DNA of 64,000 nucleotides from Paraspadella gotoi. Taxonomy: Eukaryota > Animalia > Chaetognatha. Every line of letters starts with the position of its first letter. Position 1 is the stretch's first letter. The notes beneath the pieces were generated by a model. The model was not told the origin of the DNA, made no database searches, and was given only the letters and a program-made list of their open reading frames with translations. Made by a program: the position numbers and the translations under genes. The stretch covers positions 1,291,218 to 1,355,217 of the forward strand of contig CM119268.1 in NCBI GenBank assembly GCA_051294375.1. The letters are read 5' to 3'. This document shows positions 26,955 through 40,857 of this stretch, piece after piece.

Positions 26955-28326
26955 GTCATGTGGGATTATGAATTCAGATGCAAAATTGCTTCCTCATACT
27001 CGGCTTCCCTACAAATCTCTCACATCGGTTGTGAGCAAAGTCTTAAGTTCGCAAATGGATTCATATTGTTAGTTAAATCCATACATTTCTTNNNNNNNNN
27101 NNNNNNNNNNNNNNNNNNNNNNNNNNNNNNNNNNNNNNNNNNNNNNNNNNNNNNNNNNNNNNNNNNNNNNNNNNNNNNNNNNNNNNNNNNNNNNNNNNNN
27201 NNNNNNNNNNNNNNNNNNNNNNNNNNNNNNNNNNNNNNNNNNNNNNNNNNNNNNNNNNNNNNNNNNNNNNNNNNNNNNNNNNNNNNNNNNNNNNNNNNNN
27301 NNNNNNNNNNNNNNNNNNNNNNNNNNNNNNNNNNNNNNNNNNNNNNNNNNNNNNNNNNNNNNNNNNNNNNNNNNNNNNNNNNNNNNNNNNNNNNNNNNNN
27401 NNNNNNNNNNNNNNNNNNNNNNNNNNNNNNNNNNNNNNNNNNNNNNNNNNNNNNNNNNNNNNNNNNNNNNNNNNNNNNNNNNNTAATTAAATATAGATGA
27501 AAACAATTTTTTTTATTCATCCATAATCCACTTAAGTGGTGTTCTTAATCTTTCTCCTTCCAATCGAAAACAAAGGGATGCANNNNNNNNNNNNNNNNNN
27601 NNNNNNNNNNNNNNNNNNNNNNNNNNNNNNNNNNNNNNNNNNNNNNNNNNNNNNNNNNNNNNNNNNNNNNNNNNNNNNNNNNNNNNNNNNNNNNNNNNNN
27701 NNNNNNNNNNNNNNNNNNNNNNNNNNNNNNNNNNNNNNNNNNNNNNNNNNNNNNNNNNNNNNNNNNNNNNNNNNNNNNNNNNNNNNNNNNNNNNNNNNNN
27801 NNNNNNNNNNNNNAAAATTAGTTATTTAAAACCCAATTCTGGCCTCTTTGACTATGTTCAAAATTAAAGAAATTGAATTCATTTCCCTGGATCCATTTAC
27901 ATCCTACAATCAATTTAAATATTGTTCGCTAAAAATTTTAAATAAAAAACTCAAAGGCGAAAACAATTTTATTTTTCAATCTCTCCTTTGTTCCTTCAAC
28001 CGGAAACATCACCACCAGGCCATATTTTTTAGAAGCGACCCTTTTCAGCTTAAAATTTTGGTTTAGGTTTAGGTTTAAAGATTAATTTAGGTATTAGGAT
28101 TAGCCGTTAGAGATTAGGATTAGGGGTTAGGATTAATTATTTGGGATAAAGGTAAGGGATTACGTTTGGGATTAGAGTTCAGGATTAGGAAATAACAATT
28201 ATGGTTGAGGATTAAGTTTTTAAAAATTCGTTTAAAATATATCAAGGCTAAAATTAAGTTTAAGGACTAATTAACAGAAATTGGGCGCTTTCAAAAAATA
28301 GTGCACGACCCCATTCTATCGCTAAC

Positions 28327-28495
28327 CTGCTTTCGAAAGAAACTCAATAGCGAATCGATCTCCGGTTCGTAATCTTTCCAAAACAATTTTCTGTCTTCCT
28401 CTTCGTAGATTTTCGCGTAGGCGGCGGCGGAGAGGGGCACGCCCATCTCCACGTCCTCTCGACGCGTCTCGCAAAAGGGGTTCAAGATTGCGTAG
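28327..28495 (-). CDS. Gene A exon 4 (YAILNPFCETRREDVEMGVPLSAAAYAKIYEEEDRKLFWKDYEPEIDSLLSFFRKQ)
   Basis: Within ORF 28291..28554; tccag acceptor phase 2, CAG|GTTAGC donor. Confidence 0.8.
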
Positions 28496-29007
28496 CTGGA
28501 TTTAGGAGAGAGAGAGAGAGAGGGAGAGGGAGAGAGGTGAATTGAAAACGCCATCTGTTACCGTTAGCGTTAAGAACAAGTAGAATGATCGAAAATATAT
28601 ATGTATATGTTCAATATGAAATTGGTACAACCAATATAAAAATTATCCATTCATTTCATAAATAAGCTATCTTGCCCCAGGCTTTGGTGGTCTAAGGTCT
28701 CCATCACTTTAACAAGATAATGACATATCAGGTCCCTGCAAGCTTTCAATCATGAATCTCTCACAGGCTAGTTTATTCACTCCCAGATTACCTGGCTTCC
28801 CTATCAGTGAAGTGGTAAAGATATCAAAGAATGTTTCAATTGTATGAAAAGACCAACCCTTTAAGTATCAGATCGGGGAATACTATTTTGTTCTCCGCAC
28901 TTGCATCAAAATACAAGGAGCTAAAATTTATGAAATTGTTTAATTCATAGATATTTTTAGTTAGTTTCATAATTTTTTTCCCTTGAAAACATATGTAAAA
29001 AAAAATA

Positions 29008-29226
29008 AAGTGACTCACCCTGTATTTTCGGTTGTGCGCAAAGAAAGTGACTCACCCTGTATTTTCGGTTGTGCGCAAAGAAAGTGACTCACCCTGTATT
29101 TTCGGTTGTGCGCAAAGAAAGTGACTCACCCTGTATTTTCGGTTGTGCGCAAAGAAAGTGACTCACCCTGTATTTTCGGTTGTGCGCAAAGAAAGTGACT
29201 CACCCTGTATTTTCGGTTGTGCGCAA
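29008..29226. repeat. Six near-perfect 37-bp tandem units containing an exon end and GTGAGT donor (degraded counterpart 22408-22600)
   Basis: Unit aaagtgactcaccctgtattttcggttgtgcgcaaag, no spacers. Confidence 0.95.
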
Positions 29227-29317
29227 ATCGACGACGGTAAAGCAGTCGGTGCAGTTTTGCTGCAGAGCGAGTTCGCCTTCGTCAGTCGCCGCTAGGGGAA
29301 TCGATTTGTCTAAAGAA
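29204..29317 (-). CDS. Gene A exon 3 (SLDKSIPLAATDEGELALQQNCTDCFTVVDLRTTENTG)
   Basis: 114 nt, attcag acceptor, GG|GTGAGT donor, phases 2/2 consistent. Confidence 0.8.
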
Positions 29318-32300
29318 CTGAATAGTAATAAAAATGGGCGGGAGAGGGAAAGGGTCTTAACTCTGAGGTGAAGCCTTTCCGACTTCTTTGTCAATCTCTT
29401 AGTCAGGTTAGTACTCTACAGTGTGCCTAAGTTGCATTCCTATATCAGTGACTCATTGGCGGTTGTCGGGCGAGAGTTTTGCGGCTATCTCGTTCAATCG
29501 TACCGAGTGAGCGACATTCGCCTGTCCGTCCCCTTGACCTATCTGTCTCGTCGCCCCTCCCTCCGCCCCTTTTTCATGCGTCGCGCGCCATCATCGTCAT
29601 TGCTTTCATCATTCGTCGTCTTATTTTTTTACGCTGTTTGACGTCGTTCTCATTGTCGTCGAACCAATACGTTATCGACGTCCTCTGCGCTCACGACTTG
29701 TCAATGCGACAGGCGACACGGTTGTCTCCATTTTTTATTTCCGGCTTTCGATCGGCCCCCCATTTTTGTCTCGTCACGGGTGGCTGAAGCTCGACGTGAC
29801 GCCTATGGTTGTTGTGACTGTTGCCCGAGCTCACAACATTATTGAATATCGTGACCGTTTCTTTATTTCTTTTCTCAAGTTAGCTTAAAATATTTACAGT
29901 GTTCAACGGATTTGCGTTCTTCGTGAGAAAAAGTAGATAATTTGTTATGATAAGTTTCATATAATTTTATAGCACAATTATAGTACCGTATGAACGGCTT
30001 ATTAGGCAATTTCGAATATTGTCAGCGCTCATACAGTTGAGAGTGAGAGGCTTCGTTTTCAGTGCTTTCGACTTAAAATGGTTCCAGGTTTATTTTCGCC
30101 GCCAAGGGGTGCACATTCATCACAAGGCAGTTACTCGCGCCATAACAGTTCATGCATCACGGCAATTTTCACGCCTGACAGCGATTTTCAACGGCGTAAA
30201 CAGGTGCAGTTCTAACACATTGGGGCGATGCATATGTCGCGACTATGAATTGCGACGAGCGCAGGCTATGCGTTGTCTTACTCTGGGGCAAGCCGCGGTC
30301 TCCAGCCGCGAAACAGAAAGTGAGACCAGAATGGAGATTCGCGCAGTGGCGCGATGGTCAATGTATAGAAGTGGCGAATGGGTCACTGCGAGAGGTGTTG
30401 TTTGAAAATGGCGGAGTAAGTGGCTGAGAGCTCGTAAAATTTCCGCACGTGGTCCGAATATGAGATTGTTAAAAGAAAGAGTTGCGCGATGTGTAGGCGA
30501 CGAAAGTGAGTCAATTTTTAGTGCTATGTATTAAACTTTAAATGTGCAGGCTAAGGGCCGTCAAGGCTACCTGCTCAGCTATTACATCAAGTCGTAATGC
30601 TATATACCCCCACAATGGAAGAGGGACAGTTAATCTATGAAATAAAAGCAACTTCTTTTCAAAGATGTCCTCGGAGTCCGGCGACTTCAGTCTACAGAGT
30701 TTTGAGGCATAAAAAAAAAAACAACACAGTCGTTGCCGCTCGAGTTGTTGCGCTGGCGCGTGTACTTAGGATAGAGGTCAGTCGTTCTAAGTCTGATTCT
30801 TAGAAGCGTCTTATCTACTCTGCCCTTCCCCTTGCATTCAGTCTCTCTCCCTCGCTTCCCCCCCCCCATCTTCTTAATATTCAATAAGTTATACCCTTTA
30901 ACGCGTCTTACGCACCATTTGTTCGCTCCCCACCCGCACAATAAACATCACTTTTCAGCAATCCTTTGTCATTTCCGCTCTGTGATACATCAACAAAGTA
31001 TTTTGGCCTAATCCCCTTTCTTTTACCTTTTAGAAATTATTGTACTCTTTTTTTATTTTGCTTTTTTTCTTTTTTTTTGTTCACTCCCTTTTTTCTGTTT
31101 TTTTTTTAATTCGACCTCGGCAAAACTCACGATTTCTTTGATTACAGTTTTTCACGTTTCAGTCGATTTTCTTTCCAAGGATTGATTTTTTTTTTATTCT
31201 TCGTTTTCGTTTGTGCAAGGACATCCTCTTTATTTGTTGGTAATACCCAAAAAATAAAGAAAAAAATAGTAGCAAAAATCGAGAAGCCAAAAAATTGGGA
31301 CGGCCGCCACTTAGTGAGGTGAGCTGAGGTATTAGTTTTTGGTATCTTGCTCCACATGTTTTGAAGTAGGAAAAAAAAAATCACACACGCAAAAGCAAGG
31401 CCGTTCGTCTTCAGGCATCTCAGCCACGAAAAAAAAAACAACTAATGGGAACTGGGTCAAATAAGAGCAGTGCGTGGCGCGTTCTTATGGTTTTCCGGAT
31501 TCAAGTACTACGGTCTTCAGCTCTCGAGTCTCGCCATCGACTCCGGATGCGAGACCCGAATAGCAGCACCGGGATCGAGACCTCGGATAAAGGGCACTTA
31601 AGGCATTGAGACGATGGAAGTTTGACAGGTCGAGAAAGGGCGAATTCTCGAAAAGTTGAATGTCGAGGCGCTCGCACGGGAAATGCGCTGGCTTTGGAAA
31701 AGAACATGACAACAACGACGACAAAACTAAAACTCCCTTCGCGCTGCAAGCTCGTTCGCGTTTAGATGGCCGGAAATTAGGCCCGGCATACTGAGTTTTC
31801 TGATTTACGAGTCCTGGAGGAAGCTTTGGTCCCCTTGAGAACCGATTATTTCGTTACGGACATTAGTTAAGCTCGTACGTGATTGAGCGCATCGAGCACG
31901 TAACGAATATCGCGAAGTATTTCAGAGCGCCCAACAGCTGGGGCCTGCTTTTTTTTTTTCGTGCGAGTTGGCTTTTAACGGGTCGTTTTGTTGTTTCTGG
32001 ACAAGGCAAGAGGGCAAAAACTCAGAGATTCGGAAATCATCACGGAGGCCTCACGCTTGCGGGTTCAATAGCCAACAATCGATTGCCTCTCGCAGAACGC
32101 GCAATTATGCCAGGCTATCGATTCCCGTTCCTCGTTGGCAGTATTGGCAGTGATAGAAAAAGCCCATTGCCAGCGTTAACTGCTGGTCGAAGCATCAGCG
32201 CGGACGTCCTCTCGCTTGTCGCCCTCTTTATGTATCTTGTTGGCATATATATTATACTAAACCGCTCTCTGCATTGTACCCAACTCGCTGTGACGGTACT

Positions 32301-33047
32301 TCGCGCCTCTTAAGCTTTATGTCCTGTTTTTTTTCGTCCCTTCTCTCATGCCTTTTGGGTCGTCTTCATAATGCCGTTCCCTGATACAGTCAGGACGCGT
32401 AGAGATCGCGTGCTCTCGAATCAAAGCGATCGGCCGGGCCCCACCTTCACTCTCTGTAGCTCGTCCGCCGCCCGTTCCGAGTGTGGCTTACTCAAGTGCG
32501 TATCATAATCCCGCCTGTCCCTCTGAGCTACGAGACTGCACCTTGGATTAAAGCTTTTCCTACTCTCGAATCACTCCATTACCTTATACTGTCGGTTAAC
32601 ATTCGTTGCTTCTTCTTTTCTTTTCATAATCTTCCTTTCTTTCATATGTTACTTCTCTCTTACTTCCTTCATATACTTTCTCTATACAGTACTATCCTCC
32701 TGACATTTTTTAAGAAGACGGCACGCTTAGGGCGTCGCTCGCATATATGGTCTCTTGTAAATACTGATTAGTGTGTCTCGTCGCGACGTCTGCTTACTGC
32801 TCGTTCGTCACGTGGAACACTCGCGCGGAGAGATTTTCAGACCTCAAGGCGATGCTACCCGATTCGGTTATACGTCCGTAAAGGACCACATCGAGCGTTA
32901 TTCGATGGGGGTAAGAAACCTATCAAATCCCCCCCCCCACGTCCTTCCTCCCAAATAAAAGATAAAAAAAAACGCGCGGTTCGCAGTGTACCAATGTGGC
33001 TAGTCCCCTATTNNNNNNNNNNNNNNNNNNNNNNNNNCGCCACTCAC

Positions 33048-33165
33048 CACGGATCTCTTCCCTTTAACGCGACCACAGGTTTGAATCCTTCCTCCATGCT
33101 GAAGAAGAGGGAGCTGTGGATCGCGTGTGCCAAGTGATCCACATCAAGCGCCTCGCCATCGTTGG
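33048..33165 (-). CDS. Gene A exon 2 (NDGEALDVDHLAHAIHSSLFFSMEEGFKPVVALKGRDP)
   Basis: 118 nt, gacag acceptor phase 1, TG|GTGAGT donor phase 2, both consistent with neighbours. Confidence 0.75.
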
Positions 33166-33704
33166 CTGTCGACCAGTAGATTGGGAGAGTTAAGTAACAT
33201 GGCGGGAAAATTGGTTTTTGACTTATCTACTATTCTACTATTCTATTATATACTATACAATATCAAGAAAAAAAGAAATTTCCCGAGGGAAAAGTTTAAA
33301 ATTTTATTTTTATTAATATTTTAATAAATATAAAAATAATAATAAAAATCTTAAAAAGCATAAAGATCGAGCCGCTTTCGATAGTAACCAATATTGTTAT
33401 GAGCGATGTAGACCAAATATATGATGCGATATGATAACCAAATATTGAACAGCGATGATAACACCAATAATTGATGCGATATAAACAAAATGAGCTGATG
33501 TGATGATAAATCAAAAATGGAATTGATTGCCGGTGATAGTCATTCATTGATATGGATCGATAATCAATTCATTGATACCGATGATAGTCATCTTTTATTG
33601 CCGATGTTAGTGATTCATTGACGCGCTGATCATTCATCGTAAATAAAAACAAACAAATGCGTGTATGAGTGAAAGAGAGAGAGAGAGAGAGAGATAGAGA
33701 AGAG

Positions 33705-33739
<35 letters not shown>

Positions 33740-34944
33740 GAGAGGCTGGACAGTTTTCTCCGGCCAACGAAAACGCATATTATTTAGGTCTCTCTCGTTT
33801 ATATAAAGAATAATTCAGAATTTTTAGAAAAAAAATCCACGGAAAATCTCTGGATTAAATTTTGTGATTTTTGTTATTGAGAAAAAAGCGCGGTAATAAA
33901 TTGGCGATAATAAAAGTTTTTAGAAGGAAAAAAAAAGAGAGAGAGAGAAGGAGGAAGAGAGAAGATGAGGAGAGAGAAAGAGACGTCGCAGAGGGACGAG
34001 AGAGAGAGAGAGAGAAGAGGCGAGAGAGAGAGAGAGGAGAGAAGGAGACGTGAGGAAAGATGAGAGAGAGTTTTCCCACCATACTAGACGCTATATATCT
34101 AGGTCACTCTCGTTTATATCGGTTATCGTCTGCCTCGCAACGGCGTCGTGAAATTGGTCTATGTTGATTTTTTTTAACACGTAACGGCGTAATAGGTCAT
34201 GTTCCTCGACATTGTTTACTTGTGTCGCTCTCACGCAAACGACCACGAAATCTATTGGCTTAAAGTAAGTTATTCGTATTTTTGGGCATTTTGTAATTTG
34301 AAAGATAAATTAATAAATGGCGATAATAAAAGTTTAGAAGGAAATAAATCCCACGAAAATCTCGGAATAAATAGCGATATAAAAGTTTTTTAGAAAGGAA
34401 AAAAAAACAGAGAGAGAAAGAGAGAGAGAGCAGAGACGAGAGAGATCTGGAGAGAATGAGAGAAAGAGAGATTAAGAGCAGAAAAAGATTGTTTCTTTTT
34501 TTAGCGCAAGAAACCAACGAGTTCAATTTAAAATATTGCATATTTAATTAATTCATAAATAGTTATCACAACTCAAATAATTATTTTTTAAAAAAAATTT
34601 AAAAATGATTAAGATGTATACACTAAAAATATTTATAAATTTGAATTAATAGGTACAAATTATCAGTCAATAACCAAAAAAAATAATCGTTTTAAATTTG
34701 GACTATATCTCTCTTTAATCAACTCCTATTTTAGATATAATTTGCCAACTAGTGGGCCAACCTCGGTCCAAAGTTGCAATAATTAAATAAAAACAAAAAT
34801 TTTTTTTTTTATAAATGTATATGCAATGCAATTATATTATTCGGCGGAAGTTGCTGCATATATAATCAGGTCACATTAGTACTCGATTTATATGTGCATA
34901 ATGGCATATTCATTATAAGTTATTTCTTCATTTTAAAAAATAAT

Positions 34945-34985
<41 letters not shown>

Positions 34986-37265
34986 AGAGAGAGAAAAAGA
35001 AAAACCGAATTTCTTTCCAATTATATCTCAGATATAAATTTGGTGATTTTGTTTTGAAAAAAAAAGCGCGGAATAAATGGCGATAATAAAAAGTTTGAGA
35101 AGTGAAAAAAATAATCAGAATTTTCAAAAAACGAACGATCGTACAGAGTGAGAGAGACAGGACAAGACAGGATAAACGAGAGAGAAAGAGAGACAGAAAG
35201 ACGAAAAAGAGAGACAAAGAGACAGAAAGAAAAGAGAAAGCTGGGAAGCCAGCCTGAACAGTCACTGCAGAACCTGAATCGTTTTTATTAAGGGTTTCAG
35301 AACAAGCAGCAACTGACAAATAATTTTTTTTTTTTTTTTTTTTTTTTTTTATTAATACCAAAAACCAGTATATGACAAAATCAAAAACAGTATCAGTGTA
35401 AAAAACTAGAAAGCATAAACAAGTAAAACTAACTATTAAAATTCCACAGAAAAAAAAGACAACTAACCGTTTAAATTGACTCATAAATAAAATTTATGAA
35501 CTAATTCATACAGAAACTATAAAAATATAACGTTCAAGAACGTTCAAAAATTCAAATTTTTTAAAACACAGAAAAAACATTTCAAAAAAACAAAAAAAAA
35601 AAGACACAAACGTTTAAAATGGAACTCAAGACAAAAACAACAAAAAAAAAACATATAAAGCATAAACGAAAAAACAACGTATAATAAAAAAGTAAAAAAC
35701 AAAACACAAAAATATTGAAAAAAAAGAACAAAAGATAAAAATATAAAGCATAAATGATAATTATACCTAAAATGTTTAATATTATAATGTGTTAAAGTAA
35801 AGGCAAAAACAGGATTTTTTTAAAATAATTTTTTATAATCGTAAAACCCGAAGAAAGTAAAAAAGTGTTTAGAAGTAAAAACAAAACAATGTCTAGTAAT
35901 GAAAAAAGTGTTCTAATGCGTAAATTAAAACGAAAAACGTAAAACGTTCATGGTTTATATTTTTTAAAAACGTCCATTATAAGTATTTAATGCTTAGTGT
36001 ATAAACATATACCCAAAAATTTATAATTACAATGGTGTTAAAGTAAGCGCAGAAGAGGCCTCAGCGGTAGTCCGAATCAACACACACCGCCATCTAAAAC
36101 TAAGACCTACATCTACCTATATAATATATATATGACACACTACACATATTTTTTAAATAATTAATCACAGAAAGACCACTCAATAAAAACAAAAGACGCT
36201 AAAAAACAGAAAGACACTAATAAAAACAACAACAGACTGCTACAAAAACATAAAACACTATAATAAAACAAAGACGCTAATAAAAACGCTATAAACGCTA
36301 ATAAAACAGGAAAGACACTAATAAAACAAAAGCGCTAATTTAAAACAAAGAGACGCTAAAAACAAAAGTAGACGCTAATGAATACTCAAAAAACCCTCCA
36401 GTATTAATAATAACAGACAACCAAGACGCTAATGAACAAAGATATAGATATGTGTGGTCCTCAATACCTAATTAGCCAAATCACCAATACGAGAGTACCC
36501 TCATTGATTAAATAAGTTCCAATAGCCCAAATTTTAACCCCGTTTAATTAAATTTTCCCCACTCTACCAGTCCCATCATCATGTTCAATGTACCCAGTTA
36601 CATTACCCCATAAGATTCTTTTTTTACAAACTTCCCAACTGCCCACTTAATTCTTGGCCACCCAATAAATCTTGTTCCTAAATCCTAAATAGGGAAAGAA
36701 AATCTAATATATAATTAAAGAAATAAAAGAAAGGCAAAAATATATTACAATTGTTTACAATTTGAATTTTTCATTTTTTCCAATCGCAGCTTGTATAAAG
36801 ATTTAATTTATATTTGTATTAAAATTAAGGATATAGCTTCTCATTAAAAAATCCCATTTTTATTAAAAATTTTAAAACAAATTTTTTGGAATCTCATCTT
36901 CAATATTATATTACTGCAATATGTAAATTAGATTTAAAGCATTTCTAATATACTAATTTGGATATTATAAGGAGTACTTTAATCTCATTTGCCATATTGC
37001 CAGTAAATCCATAATGAAGTGGAAATTCAAACAGAAAATACTAAAATCCAAATGTAATATGAAAATATCACAGCTATTTCAAGATGAAAAGCCATATCTA
37101 AATTTTTACTACTCATACTGATTGCACACTTTTGTAAAACTTATCATAATTTATAATAAATTTTTATTTAAAATAAAACGGTAAGTCACAGCCAAACCTA
37201 TAAAAGCGTAAGTAGTTTTTATATACAAAAACACGTGACGGCGACGACGAGACGACGCGTACGCA

Positions 37266-37304
<39 letters not shown>

Positions 37305-37355
37305 ACGACGACGACGACGAACGACGACGACGACGACGACGACGACGACTGACAA

Positions 37356-37387
<32 letters not shown>

Positions 37388-37390
37388 CGA
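37266..37390. repeat. (GAC)n microsatellite; the window also has many (GA)n, (ATCA)n, (ATCG)n and (GAAT)n tracts
   Basis: Directly visible, e.g. (GAC)n 13813-13860, (GA)n 10172-10272, (ATCG)n/(ATCA)n 46093-46283. Confidence 0.95.
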
Positions 37391-37704
37391 CGGACATCGA
37401 CACAAAGAAGCAACCCTAAAACATATAGAGCCTGACCCTGCTTGCCGGTAAGGCTCCGTAAAAAAGGTTTTTCAACGAATTTTCGAGTCGCTTGCTAAGT
37501 TAAATCAATCGAGGTTTGTAATCATCCCTGTTGTACCTCTCTCTCTCTCTCTCTCTCTCTTCCTCTTCTCTCTCCTCTCTTTTTATAATTTTAAAACTTT
37601 TTTGGCTAAACATATGTTGTTTTTCTTTGTATTTATAATTGTTTTATAATCATCAAAAAGAAACGAGATAGAGACGGAGCGACGGGGCAAAAGGCTTCCC
37701 TCAC

Positions 37705-37974
37705 CGGCGAGCTGCAAGATCCTCTTGATCAACAAGAGGACGTGGATGCCGTGGAGTTTCTCGTGACCGACGCCAGCGACCTCTGTCGTCGGGACGTAAA
37801 GGATCCTCGTCGCCGACGCCCCCGCCTCCCGGACGCGCTTCTTCGAGTGTCGCTCGAACACCACGTAGATCTGATGGGCGCGCCTCTTTTGTCGGCCGGC
37901 GTCGTCGTCGAGACTCGGTCGACGTCCGCCGGCGTCGCTCGCGCCGGCAGAGGGACGCCGTTGGGCGGTGGCCG

Positions 37975-38007
<33 letters not shown>

Positions 38008-38035
38008 GCGGCGGGGGACTCGTCAATTTCGTCAT
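37705..38035 (-). CDS. Gene A probable first coding exon (MTKLTSPPPP...RRAHQIYVVFERH...GVGHEKLHGIHVLLLIKRILQLA)
   Basis: caccATG start context, open frame within ORF 37583..38092, G|GTGAGG donor in phase with exon 2. Confidence 0.7.
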
Positions 38036-38665
38036 GGTGACGAAATTAGAGGAGAAATTAGAGGAGGGCGCCGGCGCGACTGGACGATCCACTTCAAGGG
38101 AGCTTTGTTTTTTTTGGGGGGAGGAGGGGTGCTGAAGCCTGCAAGAGGTAAAGGAAGTCTGAAAACCTTCGGCGAAACAATGGCAATTTTTTTTTAAATA
38201 TTAGTTTAATATTAGTTTGTTTATTTGTTGTTTATGACGCTTATTATGAGGCCATTTCATTAGGAAAAAAACTAATATTAGCCCGGATGAAGTTTGAGCG
38301 GCGTAATAGTTGTCCTCATTATATCATATCATATCATATCATATCGTATATTATCATTTCAAATCACGTCATATTCAATTATTCATACCAGGCTTTCTCA
38401 TATCAAATTGTTAATATTTATCAATAGCTGAGTTAGATTATTGCAAAGAGGCATATTTATTTATTTAATATTTATTTATTTATTATTTACACTAGGGAAA
38501 ACAAAGACAACAACAGTGATACTTTTTCTTCATCTCTCACGATCAACAACAACAACTACAACAATAACAACTACAACGATCCGATGTTTGCTCGCGGTTA
38601 CAATCCGATCGAGTCGAAAGTGTAGGCCGAGAAAAAAAAANNNNNNNNNNNNNNNNNNNNNNNNN

Positions 38666-38709
<44 letters not shown>

Positions 38710-38890
38710 GAGAGAAGAGAGGCAGACGATATCAAATCCCTTTCCTTTTTGCATCTCTCCACCATCTCTCCCCCCCCCCACTCCGCCCCCTCCCCCCCCC
38801 CCTCGTTCGCGAATTCGCGGATTCGATCTCGAGTTGATTCTCAAATGAGAAAAGAAAAGGAAAAATCCCTTTCGGTCTGAGGTCAGAAAG

Positions 38891-38971
<81 letters not shown>

Positions 38972-39139
38972 CTCTCACTCATTTTGTGCCGCGTTATTCC
39001 TTAATAAAAAGTTTAAACCCCTTACTATCTCGCTTGTCTGTCGTTTAAGCCAAGACAAAGATCTTTCATTCAGCTATCACGAGGTTTATAGGTCAAATAT
39101 TATAAAAGCTGTGCTAAAATTAAAGCAGTCTTTGAAAGC

Positions 39140-39425
39140 TCATCCTCTTCTTTGTCCTCTTCATCCTTTTCCTTGTCCTCTTCATTCCTGTTCCTTGCTC
39201 CCTTCATTGTCCTCTTCATCCTCTTCCCTTGTCCTCTTCATAATCTCACCTTGTCCTCTTCCATCCTTTCCTTGTCCTCTTCATCCTTTCCTTGTCCTCT
39301 CCTTATCTTTCCTTGCCTCTCTCTTCCTTGTCCTCATCCCTTCCTTGCCTCTTCATCCTCTTCCTTGTCCTCTCATCCTTCCTTGTCCTCTTCATCCTCC
39401 CTGTCCTCTCTCTTCTTGCCTTCAT
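39140..39425. repeat. Degenerate ~21-bp cttgtcctcttcatcct repeat (second copy 47305-47630)
   Basis: Directly visible. Confidence 0.8.
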
Positions 39426-40765
39426 GAATGGGCCTACAAAGCCGACACCAAATGTGAGAAACTAGACAGTTGTGACGGTTGTCGACCAACTGCACATCTC
39501 AAAACATCTTGTTCAACGATGAAATTGAAGAAAATTCGCAGTCCAACGCCAAGAGTGTACGAAATAGGATTTATCGGTTGCGGGCTGCCCTTTATTCTTC
39601 GCAGCCTCTTACTCTCTCCTTTGTCGTGATCACATTTCAGCTCAAAAGTGTTGATTCTTCAAAAAGCGAAATAAAATGCTTTTATTGTAACTATCAAACT
39701 TGTTGTTGCATACGTGTGTAATTTACAGTGTATCTAAAAATTATGCATTTCGGATAGTAAGTCAAGGAAAATCTCGTCAGTACTTTTTATTAATTCTCGA
39801 GAACATTTTTACTTGTATCAAATTTGTTCTTTTTCCCAGAAGGACATGAGACACAGCATCACTATTTCCGACAGTAGCGCCGGTTTTGTTATAAACATTC
39901 ATACCAAAGAAAGTTCAAACGTTTTTTACAACATCACGCCCCCCCTCGAAACAACGGTTATTATTTCTCTTTTAAACGTTTATTACTTGTATTTCAAAAT
40001 GATGAATCGAAGAGAGAAAAATGTTTATCTCGCTCTCTCTTTCCGTCACGAACGATTTTTTTTCCTTTTTATATCGACCAGATTCGTGGAGAATTAAAAA
40101 AAAAAGAAAAAAAAACTTGATGCGCAGTTGAGTCGCATTTCGTTTTTACCGAAGTGTAAAAAGGACAGATGAAAGGACAAAGATGAAAGGACAAGATGAA
40201 AGGACAAAGTCAATAGTTGATGTCAAATGATTGTGATCTTCGTTGCAAACGTTTGAACAATACACCATTTTCCGGAAAACAATCCACGAAAAGGAAAACG
40301 AGGAATGGACGATCTGCTAATGAGCCTCTGTTTTATACTTTCTCTCATTTCTAGCTAGAATTTATTTATTTTAAGTATGAGTGTCGTCCCTAGAAATGAT
40401 CTAATATCAATTTCAAAAACGGCCTGACAATCAACTCCCCCCTCCCCCGCGCGACTTGACTGATTTTCACCAAAACTTTTCGCGGTCACAATGTTTACCT
40501 TTAATTATTGGAATGCTGATCATGCGGAGTTCATTGCTCAAAATGGATTATCGTTTTTACATTGTCTTTTATGTTTTGGTTTTGTTTATTTCTTAATTAT
40601 TTCGTTCGTTAGTTATTTTCACAATCGCCGCATTGTTTAGTTTCGCAATTAAAAAAAAATAAAAAGAAATTCGTTCGGCTTCGAGGATCCAAAGGCCAGC
40701 AGGTTGATGATGCACGAAGCCGGTCGAAATCATGGCGGATTTTTGACGCGCACCCCATCATCATC

Positions 40766-40857
<92 letters not shown>

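Larger units (their letters stand above)
25394..38610. repeat. Segmental duplicate copy B of the 5' part of gene A, with gaps and extra sequence at ~29410-33010 and ~33350-37460
   Basis: 25394 matches 18617; 33040 matches 23732; 37463-38610 matches 24071-25369. Confidence 0.85.

Noticed and set aside
29008-29226. CRISPR array (37-bp repeats)
   Set aside because: Repeats are contiguous with no unique spacers, no cas genes, eukaryotic intron context.
33048-38035. TIR domain at the N-terminus of gene A
   Set aside because: Only loose resemblance (QIYVVF, AIHSS); no SxWCxxE-type motif, and the segment aligns better to the internal repeat domain.
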